A stretch of 60,408 nt of DNA. Origin: Clostridia bacterium (lineage in GTDB: Bacteria; Bacillota; Clostridia; Oscillospirales; CAG-272). The position numbers and the translations under genes were made by a program. Location: positions 1 through 60,408 of the forward strand of contig JAGBYM010000159.1 of NCBI GenBank assembly GCA_017628755.1, in the 5' to 3' direction. Shown piece by piece: positions 46,733-56,287 of this stretch; the first letter of the stretch is position 1; each line of letters starts with the position of its first letter. The notes under the pieces are model-generated. The model was not told where the DNA came from. It did not search any database and saw only the letters and a list, made by a program, of their open reading frames with translations.

Positions 46733-47506
46733 ATGAAAAAGAAAATTCTCGCAGTTGCACTTGCTACGATTATGATCGTTATTGCTGTTACCGGTGCAAC
46801 CCTCGCTTACATGAAGGACTCCCACAAGGCTACCAACACCTTTACCGTTGGTAACGTAAAGATCGAGCTTAGCGAAGCTCAGGTAAAGAAGGATGCCTCT
46901 ACAGGCAATATCGTTGAGGACAACACTCTTCCTCGCCTGATTAATGCAGGTATCGCATACGGCGACCCCATCACTGGAGTTGGCAACCTCTACCCCGCAC
47001 AGACTGCACATAAGGATCCCACCATCAAGAATATCGGTTCTGAGGATGCTTACATCGCGGCTAAGATCACTATTTCTTCTACTCCTGATGCAGGCGAAAA
47101 GAAACTTTATGACGTTATGGGTCTTGCAGGTACTGATCTCCTTGATATCGGTGGTTTCGTTACCGGCGGTCTTATTTCCGTACCCACCGATCCCGCTAAT
47201 AACAAGATTGTTGATGGCGGCCTTGTTTGCAGCAATGCAAGCTACCTCATCTATCAGCGCGTTGAAGGCGGCAAGTACGTATTCTACATCTTCCTCGAGG
47301 GCGCTAAGGCTAAAGACTTTGAGCAGGTACTTTTCACTACCCTCAATATTCCCAAAACTTGGGATAACGCAGAGATCGCGGCTCTTAAGGGTCTCACTAT
47401 CGATATTGAAGCATACGCAGTTCAGACTAACAGCTTTGCAACCTGCTATGCCGCTATGACTACTGCATTCCCCACTCAGTTCAGCTTTTCCACTTCTCTC
47501 TATTAA
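46733..47506 (+). CDS. TasA/camelysin/BsaA-like SipW-substrate protein, paralogue 4
   Basis: 257 aa. ATLAYMKDSHKATNTFTVGNVKIELSE and C-terminal AYAVQTNSFATCYAAMTTAF. Confidence 0.75.
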   Translation: MKKKILAVALATIMIVIAVTGATLAYMKDSHKATNTFTVGNVKIELSEAQVKKDASTGNIVEDNTLPRLINAGIAYGDPITGVGNLYPAQTAHKDPTIKNIGSEDAYIAAKITISSTPDAGEKKLYDVMGLAGTDLLDIGGFVTGGLISVPTDPANNKIVDGGLVCSNASYLIYQRVEGGKYVFYIFLEGAKAKDFEQVLFTTLNIPKTWDNAEIAALKGLTIDIEAYAVQTNSFATCYAAMTTAFPTQFSFSTSLY

Positions 47507-47539
47507 TTAATGTAATAGTATTGAAAGGACTATAAAATT

Positions 47540-48262
47540 ATGAAAAAGAAAATACTTGCAGTTGCGCTTGCTGCTATTATGCTTCTTATAGCAATCACCG
47601 GCGCATCTCTTGCATACCTCACCGATAAGGATGATCAGGTCAACACCTTCACCTCCGGTAAGGTTGATATCACTCTTGACGAAGCAAAAGTTACTCTCGA
47701 TGCTGACAAGTACATTTCCGGCTACACCGGACGTACCTCCGAAGACCAGAACTACGGTAAGATGTTCCCCGGTCAGGTTATCACCAAGGACCCCACCATC
47801 ACCGTTGCAGCTGACTCCGAAAAGGCATACGTTGCAGCTAAGGTCACCGTTACCGCTACAGATCTTCAGACCCTTATCGGTATTCCCGGAACTGATCTGA
47901 TCGATATCAATAAGCTCGCAAGCGGCGGACTTATGGCAGATACTTTTGCTGAAAAGCCTACACATCCCCTTGCCGGCGGTACTCTTCCTGTTTTCGGCAA
48001 TGATAAGTATTCCATCTACCAGGAGAAGGATGGAAATGCGTATGTATTCTACATCTTCATCGAGACCATCAAGGCTCCCGGCGAGTCTGTAACTCTCTTT
48101 GATACCATCACAATTCCCACCGCTTGGACCAACGCAGATATGGCTAAGATCGTTGATCTCAAGGTTACCGTTGACGCTTACGCAGTTCAGGTTCAGACCT
48201 TTGCTGATTGCTTCGATGCTATGACCACCGCGTTTGCAACCGACTTCTCCTTTGCTCCGTAA
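47540..48262 (+). CDS. TasA/camelysin/BsaA-like SipW-substrate protein, paralogue 5
   Basis: 240 aa. ASLAYLTDKDDQVNTFTSGKVDITLDE, MFPGQVITKDPTITV and C-terminal AYAVQVQTFADCFDAMTTAF. Confidence 0.75.
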   Translation: MKKKILAVALAAIMLLIAITGASLAYLTDKDDQVNTFTSGKVDITLDEAKVTLDADKYISGYTGRTSEDQNYGKMFPGQVITKDPTITVAADSEKAYVAAKVTVTATDLQTLIGIPGTDLIDINKLASGGLMADTFAEKPTHPLAGGTLPVFGNDKYSIYQEKDGNAYVFYIFIETIKAPGESVTLFDTITIPTAWTNADMAKIVDLKVTVDAYAVQVQTFADCFDAMTTAFATDFSFAP

Positions 48263-48283
48263 CCCATATAGAGGACATAAAAG

Positions 48284-48994
48284 ATGAAAAGAAAAATTCT
48301 TGCAATCGCTCTTGTGGTTTGCATGCTTATCGTAGCTATCGCGGGCGCATCTCTCGCGTACTTCACCGATAAGGACGAAAAGGTGAACGTTTTCACCTCG
48401 GGCAAGGTTGACATCACCCTCAATGAGGTCTTTGATGCTACCGAAGCACAGCTCATCCCCGGCGTTGATATTCAGAAGGACGTTACCGTTTCGCTCTCTT
48501 CTGATAGTATTGCTACCTACGTTTGGTACACCTACGCTATCCCCACAGCTCTCGATGACGCGGGTGTTATCCACGTTAACCACGCCGGCAGAAACCTCGT
48601 TGACTACCGCGAGGATTCCGCATACTGGGCAGCAGGTCAGACCTCCGCGACTCCCATTGAGGATTGCTGGAAGATCAGCTCCACTGTAGAGAAGGGCGTA
48701 GTTATCGACGGCGAGTCCTACAACGTTTACACCGTTCTTTACAACGGTACTCTTACCGCAGGCGAGACCACCACAGTCGGTATGACTAAGGTTTACTGCG
48801 ATACCAAGGTCGATTTCGATAATGCGACCGGAAAGTACGTTATGAACGGTACTGCCATCGGCGGCGATCTTAACAACGTCAAGATCATTGTTACCGCATA
48901 CGGCATTCAGGCTGCAACCTTCGCAAACGTCGAAGCGGCATACGCAGCATATTCCGCGCAGAATATTGCAGGCGCGGCGATAGATATCGATTAA
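48284..48994 (+). CDS. TasA/camelysin/BsaA-like SipW-substrate protein, paralogue 6
   Basis: 236 aa. ASLAYFTDKDEKVNVFTSGKVDITLNE (the classic AYFTD), QLIPGVDIQKDVTV and C-terminal AYGIQAATFANV. Confidence 0.75.
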   Translation: MKRKILAIALVVCMLIVAIAGASLAYFTDKDEKVNVFTSGKVDITLNEVFDATEAQLIPGVDIQKDVTVSLSSDSIATYVWYTYAIPTALDDAGVIHVNHAGRNLVDYREDSAYWAAGQTSATPIEDCWKISSTVEKGVVIDGESYNVYTVLYNGTLTAGETTTVGMTKVYCDTKVDFDNATGKYVMNGTAIGGDLNNVKIIVTAYGIQAATFANVEAAYAAYSAQNIAGAAIDID

Positions 48995-49013
48995 TTGAAG
49001 ATATCTTGACACT

Positions 49014-49072
49014 CTGCTCCCTAAAAAGGGAGCAGGGTGTATATGACGTTCTTGGGTTTAAACCGAAGAACG
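49014..49072 (+). terminator. Two adjacent hairpins after paralogue 6 (possible terminator and/or palindromic operator; no U-tract)
   Basis: CTGCTCCC-taaaaa-GGGAGCAG (49014-49035), then the 26-bp near-perfect palindrome CGTTCTTGGGTTT/AAACCGAAGAACG (49047-49072). Confidence 0.35.
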
Positions 49073-49120
49073 CGATATATGCCCTGAATTTGAGTGAATT
49101 TTACATATAGGAGACCTTAC

Positions 49121-49687
49121 ATGAAAAAGAAAATATTGGCGCTTGCGCTGATCGTCATCTGTCTTTCGATAGTGGCGTACGGCACGACCGCGTATTTTAC
49201 ATATGATATAATCGCAACTCACGTTATAACCGCGGGTAACGTGCGCATCGAGCTCGAGCAGCTTGCAATACTGACTCCGGGCGGCGCACCGATCGAGTTT
49301 GATCGCCCGAACGACATCGTACCCGGCACGAGCGTATCGAAGATCGTTCAGGTGAAGAACACGGGTTACGCGGCGGCGTGGGTGAGACTCGCGCTGACGA
49401 AGGAGATCATACTCGCGTCCGGCGTTACGGGCGAGGTCGATCTTTCGCTCGTGAGCTACGAGATCAATGAAGAATACTGGGCGGAGCAGGATGGCTGGTT
49501 TTATTACCTGAAGCCCCTCGAAGCCGGCGCGACCACAGAGCCGATCTTTACCGAGATCAGCTTTGCGGCGAGCATGAGCAATATGTATCAGAAGAGCCAA
49601 TCGAAGATCAACGTCCTCGCGCACGCGGTGCAGACCGTATATAACGGCGAGAGCGTCTTCGAGGCGGCAGGATGGCCCGAAGCATAA
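49121..49687 (+). CDS. TasA/camelysin/BsaA-like SipW-substrate protein, paralogue 7 (divergent, GC-rich)
   Basis: 188 aa from the ATG at 49121 (TAGGAG RBS). GTTAYFTYDIIATHVITAGNVRIELEQ, DIVPGTSVSKIVQVKNTG and C-terminal AHAVQ. Confidence 0.7.
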   Translation: MKKKILALALIVICLSIVAYGTTAYFTYDIIATHVITAGNVRIELEQLAILTPGGAPIEFDRPNDIVPGTSVSKIVQVKNTGYAAAWVRLALTKEIILASGVTGEVDLSLVSYEINEEYWAEQDGWFYYLKPLEAGATTEPIFTEISFAASMSNMYQKSQSKINVLAHAVQTVYNGESVFEAAGWPEA

Positions 49688-49704
49688 TGAAAGGAGGCAA
49701 TCGC

Positions 49705-52700
49705 ATGAAAAATATCAAAATAACTAAAATAATTGCCTTCTTTATGGCAGTCCTCATGATCCTTCCCATGGTCCCCACAATGGACCTCACCGTATTTGCG
49801 GAGGGGGAGAGCGGGCTTGATTTGAAGGATAAATATGTAAAAATGGTTTCTTCTTTCCCGGAATTCAGATTGGATCCTACTGTGACAGGTAGTATGTGCG
49901 GATCATCTGCATTTCCTGAAGTTATGTACGTTGAAGATGTGCGTCAAGTAAACAGTGTCGTATATTGTCAGGTGAAGGCTGCCGAGGATTACACTTGGAA
50001 TGAAGATAATTTGTGGGATGTTCCCGAACATTGTTGGGTTATTAGTACTGCTCTTAAAGTAGTTGAATATACACCCTCCACTCCCACAACTCCCGAAATT
50101 TCCGCGACTGTTAAGGACGCAAATGGCAACGACTTGACCGTCAAGGTCGAAGGCGAACTCCCCGAGGGGGCAGAACTTTCCGTATCTATTCCCGAAATCG
50201 GCGGCGAAAAGCTCCCCAACGTCTTCGATATCAAAGTTCTCAAATCCGATGGCACCGAATGGCAGCCTATCGATGAGGGGAAGACGGTGACGGTTTCGAT
50301 ATCAGCTGACTCGTCTTATGATTATTATGATATATACCATTGTATAGATTACGCTCCTGCTATACATTCTAATATAGAATATGTTCCGGTTGATATTAAC
50401 GATCAGGAGGTTATGACAGTTCTTGATGAGGCTCTTGAAGTAAGTGATGTAGAAGGTTGTGTTATAGTTGAAAAACATTTAAATATATCTGTTGTCGATG
50501 ATATCATTTCGTTTGCAACTAATAGTTTTTCTATCTATGAATTATCTGGTAGCCAATTCGTTCCAGGCAATGATATTGATAAGGTTGAATTTGATAATAA
50601 CAGCCTAGGTTCTTCAACTGATGAGGATACAATTGTAGGAGATATATTTTATGCAACAGCAGATACAGAGTTCGTTTTTGAGACAACTCAAAGTGCAGTT
50701 AACCATAAACATTACGATACGTATTTTACTGTTAAAAAGGGTAGAGAATATGTTACGCTAACCAACGAAACGGGAGGCCGAACTGGATTTTTGAGTGGTA
50801 GCAAAGTTAGTGTAAAAGTTACTATTGACCCAAATACGCCCGCGGGTACAGAATTAGTTATTTTGTTTAGAACTGATGGAACTCTAGGTATTGGAGCAAA
50901 ATCTATTCCAAGACAGATAACAATAGTTCGCTCTATTGATATTAAATTTGATTCAAATCTAGATGTTGCCGGTGTAACTGTTACTGGGATGCCCAACAAT
51001 GAGCTTGGCTTTGTTACGGATGCTGCTCAATCAATATTCCCGCTTCCATCAAATGTTCCTACCGCTGTTAATAATAGTGATCCAAATGATAAATATGAAT
51101 TTTTAGGTTGGAATACCAGTAAAGCAGGTGACGGAACTGCATATATATGGAACGGCACAGCGTTTAGTCCTAAAGAATTTATTCCTTCACAAAATATTAC
51201 GTTATATGCGATGTGGAAACGTAGTGAATGTACTGTTACGTTTGACCATAACAATGGTACGGGAACCAAGGAAAAAGTGACGAAAGAATATGGTTCGTCT
51301 GTGACAGTTCCCGAAGATCCGCAACGTCCGGGTTATATTTTCTTGGGTTGGTCTGCTTCTCTTGACGGAACCGGACGAAGGTATAAATTGAGTGATGCAG
51401 AGTATAATTCGGTTGAACTGAAATCAGACGTTACGCTCTATGCTATTTGGGGAGTAAAGATTAATATAACTGCAATCGGCGGTACAATTTCCGTACAAAA
51501 GGACGGGGAGACAAAATTTACTGCCCTGACCGATACTAATACGTACGGATTCTTGGTGGAACATCCGAAAGCCGATGTAACTACTTACTACGCAGTAGTT
51601 GCTGAAAACTCTTATGCTAACGCATATTTCCGTTTTACTCCAGCGACATCAGGTAGTACTATCAGAGGTGCTTCGACAGGTTCAAGTATGAGCTTTTTGA
51701 ATGCTATTGGAAGTACCAAGCTTAGCGGAGATGTATTGTTAACCTCAGCCGGTTTGACTACGGATACAACCATTACATTTACCGCATTGAATAAGTTTAT
51801 TGTTTCTTTTGAAACAAACGGAGGTTCTCCGGTTACTTCTGTACTTATGGACGATGGAGATACTATCAATCTTTCCGGATATACTCCGGAAGCTCGCGAG
51901 GGATATGACTTTGTTGGATGGTATTTGACATCGGATTTCTCCGGCAGTTCGATTTCTTCTCATAAAGTAAAATCCGACACTATTTTCTATGCTAAATGGA
52001 TTCCTCACAGGTATAGTGTAACTTTAAATAAGGGCTACGGTATTGACAGCGTCAGCGGTGGCGGTGAATACGATTATTCAGCTCTTGTTAATGTTTCCGC
52101 TCAGTTGAAACCGGGTTATAGTTTCTTGCAGTGGACTGCATCAGGAGTTCCTAATTCTAATTCTGCGAATTATTCATTCCTTCTTCCGGATGGCCCTGTA
52201 GAACTTACTGCCGTAGGAAAGTTGAACACCTATAACATCACATATAATCTTGCAGGTGGCACGGTAAGTGGAATAAACATTACGCAGTACACAGTTGAAG
52301 ACGGTGCGATAACACTTGTTAATCCTACAAGGATTGGTTATGTATTTCTTGGTTGGACAGGAACCGGCTTGAGTGAACCGACTGTTAACGTTACTATTCC
52401 CACCGGAAGTTACGGTGATCGAGAATATACTGCAAATTGGAAAGCAGGTAAGTATTCTGTTACATGGGTGGACGCTTTTGGTAATACTATTCTTTCTGAA
52501 GAACTTGATTACGGCACGACTATTACAAATATACCTGCGAATCCTTCCAAGTCCGGATATACTTTCTGTGGTTGGAAAGGATATACTGCGGGTATGAAGA
52601 TGCCTGCATATGATGTGGTGGTTACAGCGCGTTGGGAAGTTTCCGTTCGTGCTACCATAGATAACAATGGTACTATTGTATGTGTTTTCGATGGACATGT

Positions 52701-55700
52701 GTACAATGGCTCGTCCGGTGAAGTTGCTATTCTCCATATTCCTCTGGAAATTGGTACAATCGGTGCAGGCTCTACAATAGCCTTTACTCCGGCAATAGGT
52801 TATAAGATTTCTAAGGTAACCTTTACTATTGGCGAGGAAACCAGCGTCAATACCAATCCGACGGTGCTTTCAGACGGCTCATATGTCTATGTGATTCCTG
52901 CTGAAGGTATAACTGCAGAGATGGAAATCACAGTTGAGACTACGCTGAAGCAGTGTACTATCTCGTTTGAGTCCAATGGCGGTTCCGTAGTTTCTCCGAT
53001 CTCGGAACTTTACGGTACAGCAATCTCCAAGCCTACCGATCCAACTAAGGAAGGTTACTCATTTGCTGGTTGGTATACAGAGCCGACTTTGGAAAATGAA
53101 TATGTGTTCACTACTATGCCTGCAGATGATATTACTCTGTATGCAAAGTGGTCTATCAATCAGTATACTATTACCTTCAATACCGATGGCGGTACACCTG
53201 TTGCGGCGATTACGCAAGATTTTGGAACTGATATAACTAAACCTGCCGATCCTACAAAAGTAGGTCATACTTTCGCAGGTTGGGATATCGAAATTCCCGA
53301 CAAGATGCCCGGAGAGGATATAACTATTACTGCACAGTGGACACCTTATACCTACACTGTTTCTTATCAGCTCGGACTTATTCCTGAGCGTTTAACAAAC
53401 GCCGGTGTGTTTGTTCAGCAGACTAAGAAGTACGGAATCAATTTGCAGTTGAATGCCGTTGAGCCCACTGCACTTGGCGCAAATTTTGCAGGTTGGGATA
53501 CTGACGGTAACGGTACAGCTGATTATCAGGCAGGAGATACATACACGGGTAATGAGGCTCTTACGCTTGTTGCGGTGTGGACTCCCAAACCTATGAAGGT
53601 CGTTTACAGCACTTCCGGACTTCCTGCCGGTGTTACTGCAACGTTTGAAAGTCAGCAGGGTTATTACAATGATTCGGTGACCGTTCAATCTCCTGCTGTT
53701 GTGGGATATCAGATTGTAAAGATCGAGGTAGACGGAATAGAGGTTTCTTTCGATTATGATATTAAGTTTATTGACAGCGATGTAAACGTAGTTGTTACTT
53801 ACGCGCCCATCGGTTATAAAATTACCTTTGATACCGATGGTACACAGAATGTTGTAGACTATAATATCGAAGGAACTGTTTCTCTTTCTACTCCTACTAA
53901 AACCGGCTATACTTTCGCCGGTTGGAAGGTAACAGTTGCTGACGGTAACTGGACAGAAAACGCCATCCACACGGGAACTGTTGAGAAAATGTACGGTAAC
54001 GTTACTCTTACCGCACAGTGGACGATCAATCAGTACACCATTATCTTTCAAAACGAAGACGGAACTGTTCTCCAGTCGAGCTTGTGGTCTTACGGTGATT
54101 CTCCCGAGTACAGTGGCACTACCCCCACAAAGGCAGCTGACGCGCAGTATACCTATACTTTCGCGCAGTGGTCTCCCGAAATCGTTTCCGTAACCGGTGA
54201 CGTAATTTATACCGCAACTTATACCGCAACGGTTAATAAGTATACCATTACCTTTGAAAATGAGGATGGAACTGTTCTTCAGACCGTTGAAGTAGAGTAC
54301 GGTAAAACCCCCGAATATGGCGGCGCAACTCCCACCAAGGCACCCGATGCGCAGTATACTTATACTTTTGAAAAGTGGACACCTTCGATCGAATCTGTAA
54401 CGGGTAATAAAACTTATACTGCGGTTTATTCTACTTTAACCAATAAGTATACAGTCATTTGGAAAAACTGGGACGGTACCGTTCTTGAAACCGATGAAGA
54501 CGTGCCTTACGGTTCAACTCCCGAATATAACGGTGCGGAACCCACAAAACCTGCAACTGCACAGTATACTTATACTTTCACAGTTTGGACACCGGAAGTT
54601 GATTCCGTAACCGGTGATGTTACCTATACCGCAACCTTTAGTTCGACGGTTAATACCTATACTGTAACTTGGGAAAACTGGGACGAAACCGTACTTGAAA
54701 CCGATGAAAATGTTCCTTACGGTACAAAGCCTGAATATAATGGCTCTCAGCCTACAAAGGTTGTTCCGGGTTATACTTATGTATTCAATGGCTGGTACCC
54801 TGAGGTCAATAACGTAACCGGCGACGTAACTTATAAGGCACAATTTACTGAAAATGTAGTTCAGTTCACTATTACTTATAACGCCAACGGCGGTGATGCG
54901 GTGGCTTCTCAAGTGTACGATATTGAGCATGCTATTACTTTGAGCACTCCTACCAGAAAGGGATATACTTTTGTTGGTTGGAAGGTTACAACATCCGGCG
55001 GTAACTGGTTCATCGATACGGAATATGCTCCCGCTAACCTCGCTATTGCCAAAGGTAAATACGGAAACGTTACTTTGACTGCTCAGTGGACTGAGAACCT
55101 TGTCGAGATCAATTACAAGATCGTCATCCCGAGCGGTGCTGAGGATTACGGAACTCTTTCTAAGACTTCTGAATCCGTCGGTGCGGCAACAGGTGCACCT
55201 TCTTGTATCGCTCTGCCCGAGCCTACATTCAAGTTTGCGGGTTGGTATGATAATGCGGAGTGCAACGGCGAACCGATTTCGATGAATGAGGAATACACGT
55301 TTACAAAGCCTGACGGAACTTTATGGGCAGACGGTACTACCTACTACGCCAAGTTTGAGTATAATCTTACACAGCTTATGCTGAATGTTAGTACTAACTC
55401 GGATTGCTCACTTCTGATCAATATTAAGGGTAAGAATGACAGCGTAGATCTTGATATTATTGTGCCCTCACGCAGCAACGGCGTTATTGTCGACGGTCTT
55501 ATCATCGGTAATACCTATACAATAACCATTGATACTGATTGGACAAAGGGATACAATTGGGATAAGTGGAGTTATGATAATACTTCCGGCGCCGGTTCCA
55601 AAGCTGAAATTACGTTGGTGGCTGAGCCTTATTCCCAAATCATCTTCCACGTATCTGAAATTGGCGGTGCTTGGCTCAGCGGCGGTACAGAAAGTCCTAC

Positions 55701-55731
55701 AACAAGTACTTTCTCATCCGTAGCAGGCTAA
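49705..55731 (+). CDS. Secreted 2008-aa protein made largely of Listeria-Bacteroides (Flg_new / InlB-B-like) repeats; no recognisable anchor
   Basis: ATG at 49705 after AAGGAGG. Sec-type signal MKNIKITKIIAFFMAVLMILPMVPTMDLTVFA. 16 occurrences of the Y.F.(G/Q/K/V)W signature, each ending in ..TLYA.W or ..YTA.F. The C-terminus lacks a dockerin, LPXTG, SLH or TM. Confidence 0.85.
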   Translation: MKNIKITKIIAFFMAVLMILPMVPTMDLTVFAEGESGLDLKDKYVKMVSSFPEFRLDPTVTGSMCGSSAFPEVMYVEDVRQVNSVVYCQVKAAEDYTWNEDNLWDVPEHCWVISTALKVVEYTPSTPTTPEISATVKDANGNDLTVKVEGELPEGAELSVSIPEIGGEKLPNVFDIKVLKSDGTEWQPIDEGKTVTVSISADSSYDYYDIYHCIDYAPAIHSNIEYVPVDINDQEVMTVLDEALEVSDVEGCVIVEKHLNISVVDDIISFATNSFSIYELSGSQFVPGNDIDKVEFDNNSLGSSTDEDTIVGDIFYATADTEFVFETTQSAVNHKHYDTYFTVKKGREYVTLTNETGGRTGFLSGSKVSVKVTIDPNTPAGTELVILFRTDGTLGIGAKSIPRQITIVRSIDIKFDSNLDVAGVTVTGMPNNELGFVTDAAQSIFPLPSNVPTAVNNSDPNDKYEFLGWNTSKAGDGTAYIWNGTAFSPKEFIPSQNITLYAMWKRSECTVTFDHNNGTGTKEKVTKEYGSSVTVPEDPQRPGYIFLGWSASLDGTGRRYKLSDAEYNSVELKSDVTLYAIWGVKINITAIGGTISVQKDGETKFTALTDTNTYGFLVEHPKADVTTYYAVVAENSYANAYFRFTPATSGSTIRGASTGSSMSFLNAIGSTKLSGDVLLTSAGLTTDTTITFTALNKFIVSFETNGGSPVTSVLMDDGDTINLSGYTPEAREGYDFVGWYLTSDFSGSSISSHKVKSDTIFYAKWIPHRYSVTLNKGYGIDSVSGGGEYDYSALVNVSAQLKPGYSFLQWTASGVPNSNSANYSFLLPDGPVELTAVGKLNTYNITYNLAGGTVSGINITQYTVEDGAITLVNPTRIGYVFLGWTGTGLSEPTVNVTIPTGSYGDREYTANWKAGKYSVTWVDAFGNTILSEELDYGTTITNIPANPSKSGYTFCGWKGYTAGMKMPAYDVVVTARWEVSVRATIDNNGTIVCVFDGHVYNGSSGEVAILHIPLEIGTIGAGSTIAFTPAIGYKISKVTFTIGEETSVNTNPTVLSDGSYVYVIPAEGITAEMEITVETTLKQCTISFESNGGSVVSPISELYGTAISKPTDPTKEGYSFAGWYTEPTLENEYVFTTMPADDITLYAKWSINQYTITFNTDGGTPVAAITQDFGTDITKPADPTKVGHTFAGWDIEIPDKMPGEDITITAQWTPYTYTVSYQLGLIPERLTNAGVFVQQTKKYGINLQLNAVEPTALGANFAGWDTDGNGTADYQAGDTYTGNEALTLVAVWTPKPMKVVYSTSGLPAGVTATFESQQGYYNDSVTVQSPAVVGYQIVKIEVDGIEVSFDYDIKFIDSDVNVVVTYAPIGYKITFDTDGTQNVVDYNIEGTVSLSTPTKTGYTFAGWKVTVADGNWTENAIHTGTVEKMYGNVTLTAQWTINQYTIIFQNEDGTVLQSSLWSYGDSPEYSGTTPTKAADAQYTYTFAQWSPEIVSVTGDVIYTATYTATVNKYTITFENEDGTVLQTVEVEYGKTPEYGGATPTKAPDAQYTYTFEKWTPSIESVTGNKTYTAVYSTLTNKYTVIWKNWDGTVLETDEDVPYGSTPEYNGAEPTKPATAQYTYTFTVWTPEVDSVTGDVTYTATFSSTVNTYTVTWENWDETVLETDENVPYGTKPEYNGSQPTKVVPGYTYVFNGWYPEVNNVTGDVTYKAQFTENVVQFTITYNANGGDAVASQVYDIEHAITLSTPTRKGYTFVGWKVTTSGGNWFIDTEYAPANLAIAKGKYGNVTLTAQWTENLVEINYKIVIPSGAEDYGTLSKTSESVGAATGAPSCIALPEPTFKFAGWYDNAECNGEPISMNEEYTFTKPDGTLWADGTTYYAKFEYNLTQLMLNVSTNSDCSLLINIKGKNDSVDLDIIVPSRSNGVIVDGLIIGNTYTITIDTDWTKGYNWDKWSYDNTSGAGSKAEITLVAEPYSQIIFHVSEIGGAWLSGGTESPTTSTFSSVAG
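54034..54864 (+). repeat. Four tandem 69-70-aa repeats (207-210 nt period) inside the 2008-aa gene
   Basis: Unit starts at 54034, 54241, 54448 and 54658. Consensus: YT(I/V).(F/W).N.DGTVL......YG..PEY.G..PTK....QYTYTF..W.P....VTGD.TYTA.(Y/F). Confidence 0.85.
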
Positions 55732-55747
55732 GAGAGGAGGCAAGTAA

Positions 55748-56287
55748 ATGCTCAAAAAATTGAATAAAAAGAGATTAATAGTTTTACTTGTCTCGCTTTC
55801 CCTCGCGCTTGTCGCCGGTGTGGGAGTGACAGTGGCGTTGATCATGACTAAGACTGAGCCGATCGAAAACACCTTCGAGCCCTCTTATGTTGACTGCGCT
55901 GTGCTTTCCGATACGTCGGTAGATAATACCGGCGATACAACGGCTTACATCCGTGCGGCGGTTATCGCCACTTGGAAGAAGGATGGCGTTGTCTGGGCAC
56001 AGAAGCCGCTCGAGGGCGCAGGCAAAGATTATCAGATAACCTTGGGCGCAGGCTGGGTAAAGCTCGGTGACTACTATTACTATACCTTGCCGGTTGACGC
56101 TGAGGCGGCAACTACAAAGCTGATCGAGACCTTGATCCAAACCGGAACAGCTCCTACGCTCGAGCATTCGCTTTCGATCGAGATCGTAGCGGCTGCAGTT
56201 CAGTCACAGCCTACGACAGCGGCTGAATCTATGTGGGGCGTAACTATTACCGATAATAAAATTACCGGATTGGCGGGAGGATCGTAA
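55748..56287 (+). CDS. TasA-like paralogue 8 (divergent signal region)
   Basis: 179 aa with a GAGGAGG RBS. Signal/TM then ALIMTKTEPIENTFEPSYV, which keeps the NTF motif. C-terminal AAAVQ as in paralogues 1-7. Confidence 0.6.
   Translation: MLKKLNKKRLIVLLVSLSLALVAGVGVTVALIMTKTEPIENTFEPSYVDCAVLSDTSVDNTGDTTAYIRAAVIATWKKDGVVWAQKPLEGAGKDYQITLGAGWVKLGDYYYYTLPVDAEAATTKLIETLIQTGTAPTLEHSLSIEIVAAAVQSQPTTAAESMWGVTITDNKITGLAGGS

Noticed and set aside
44839-49687. Possibility that the small tandem proteins are type IV pilins, sortase pilins or a bacteriocin/RiPP precursor family.
   Set aside because: There is no G/FxxxE prepilin motif, prepilin peptidase or assembly ATPase. None of the seven has an LPXTG or pilin motif. 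At 190-260 aa with conserved beta-rich cores they are too large for RiPP precursors. Adjacency to SipW and the AYFTD-type signal fit TasA/camelysin-type substrates better.
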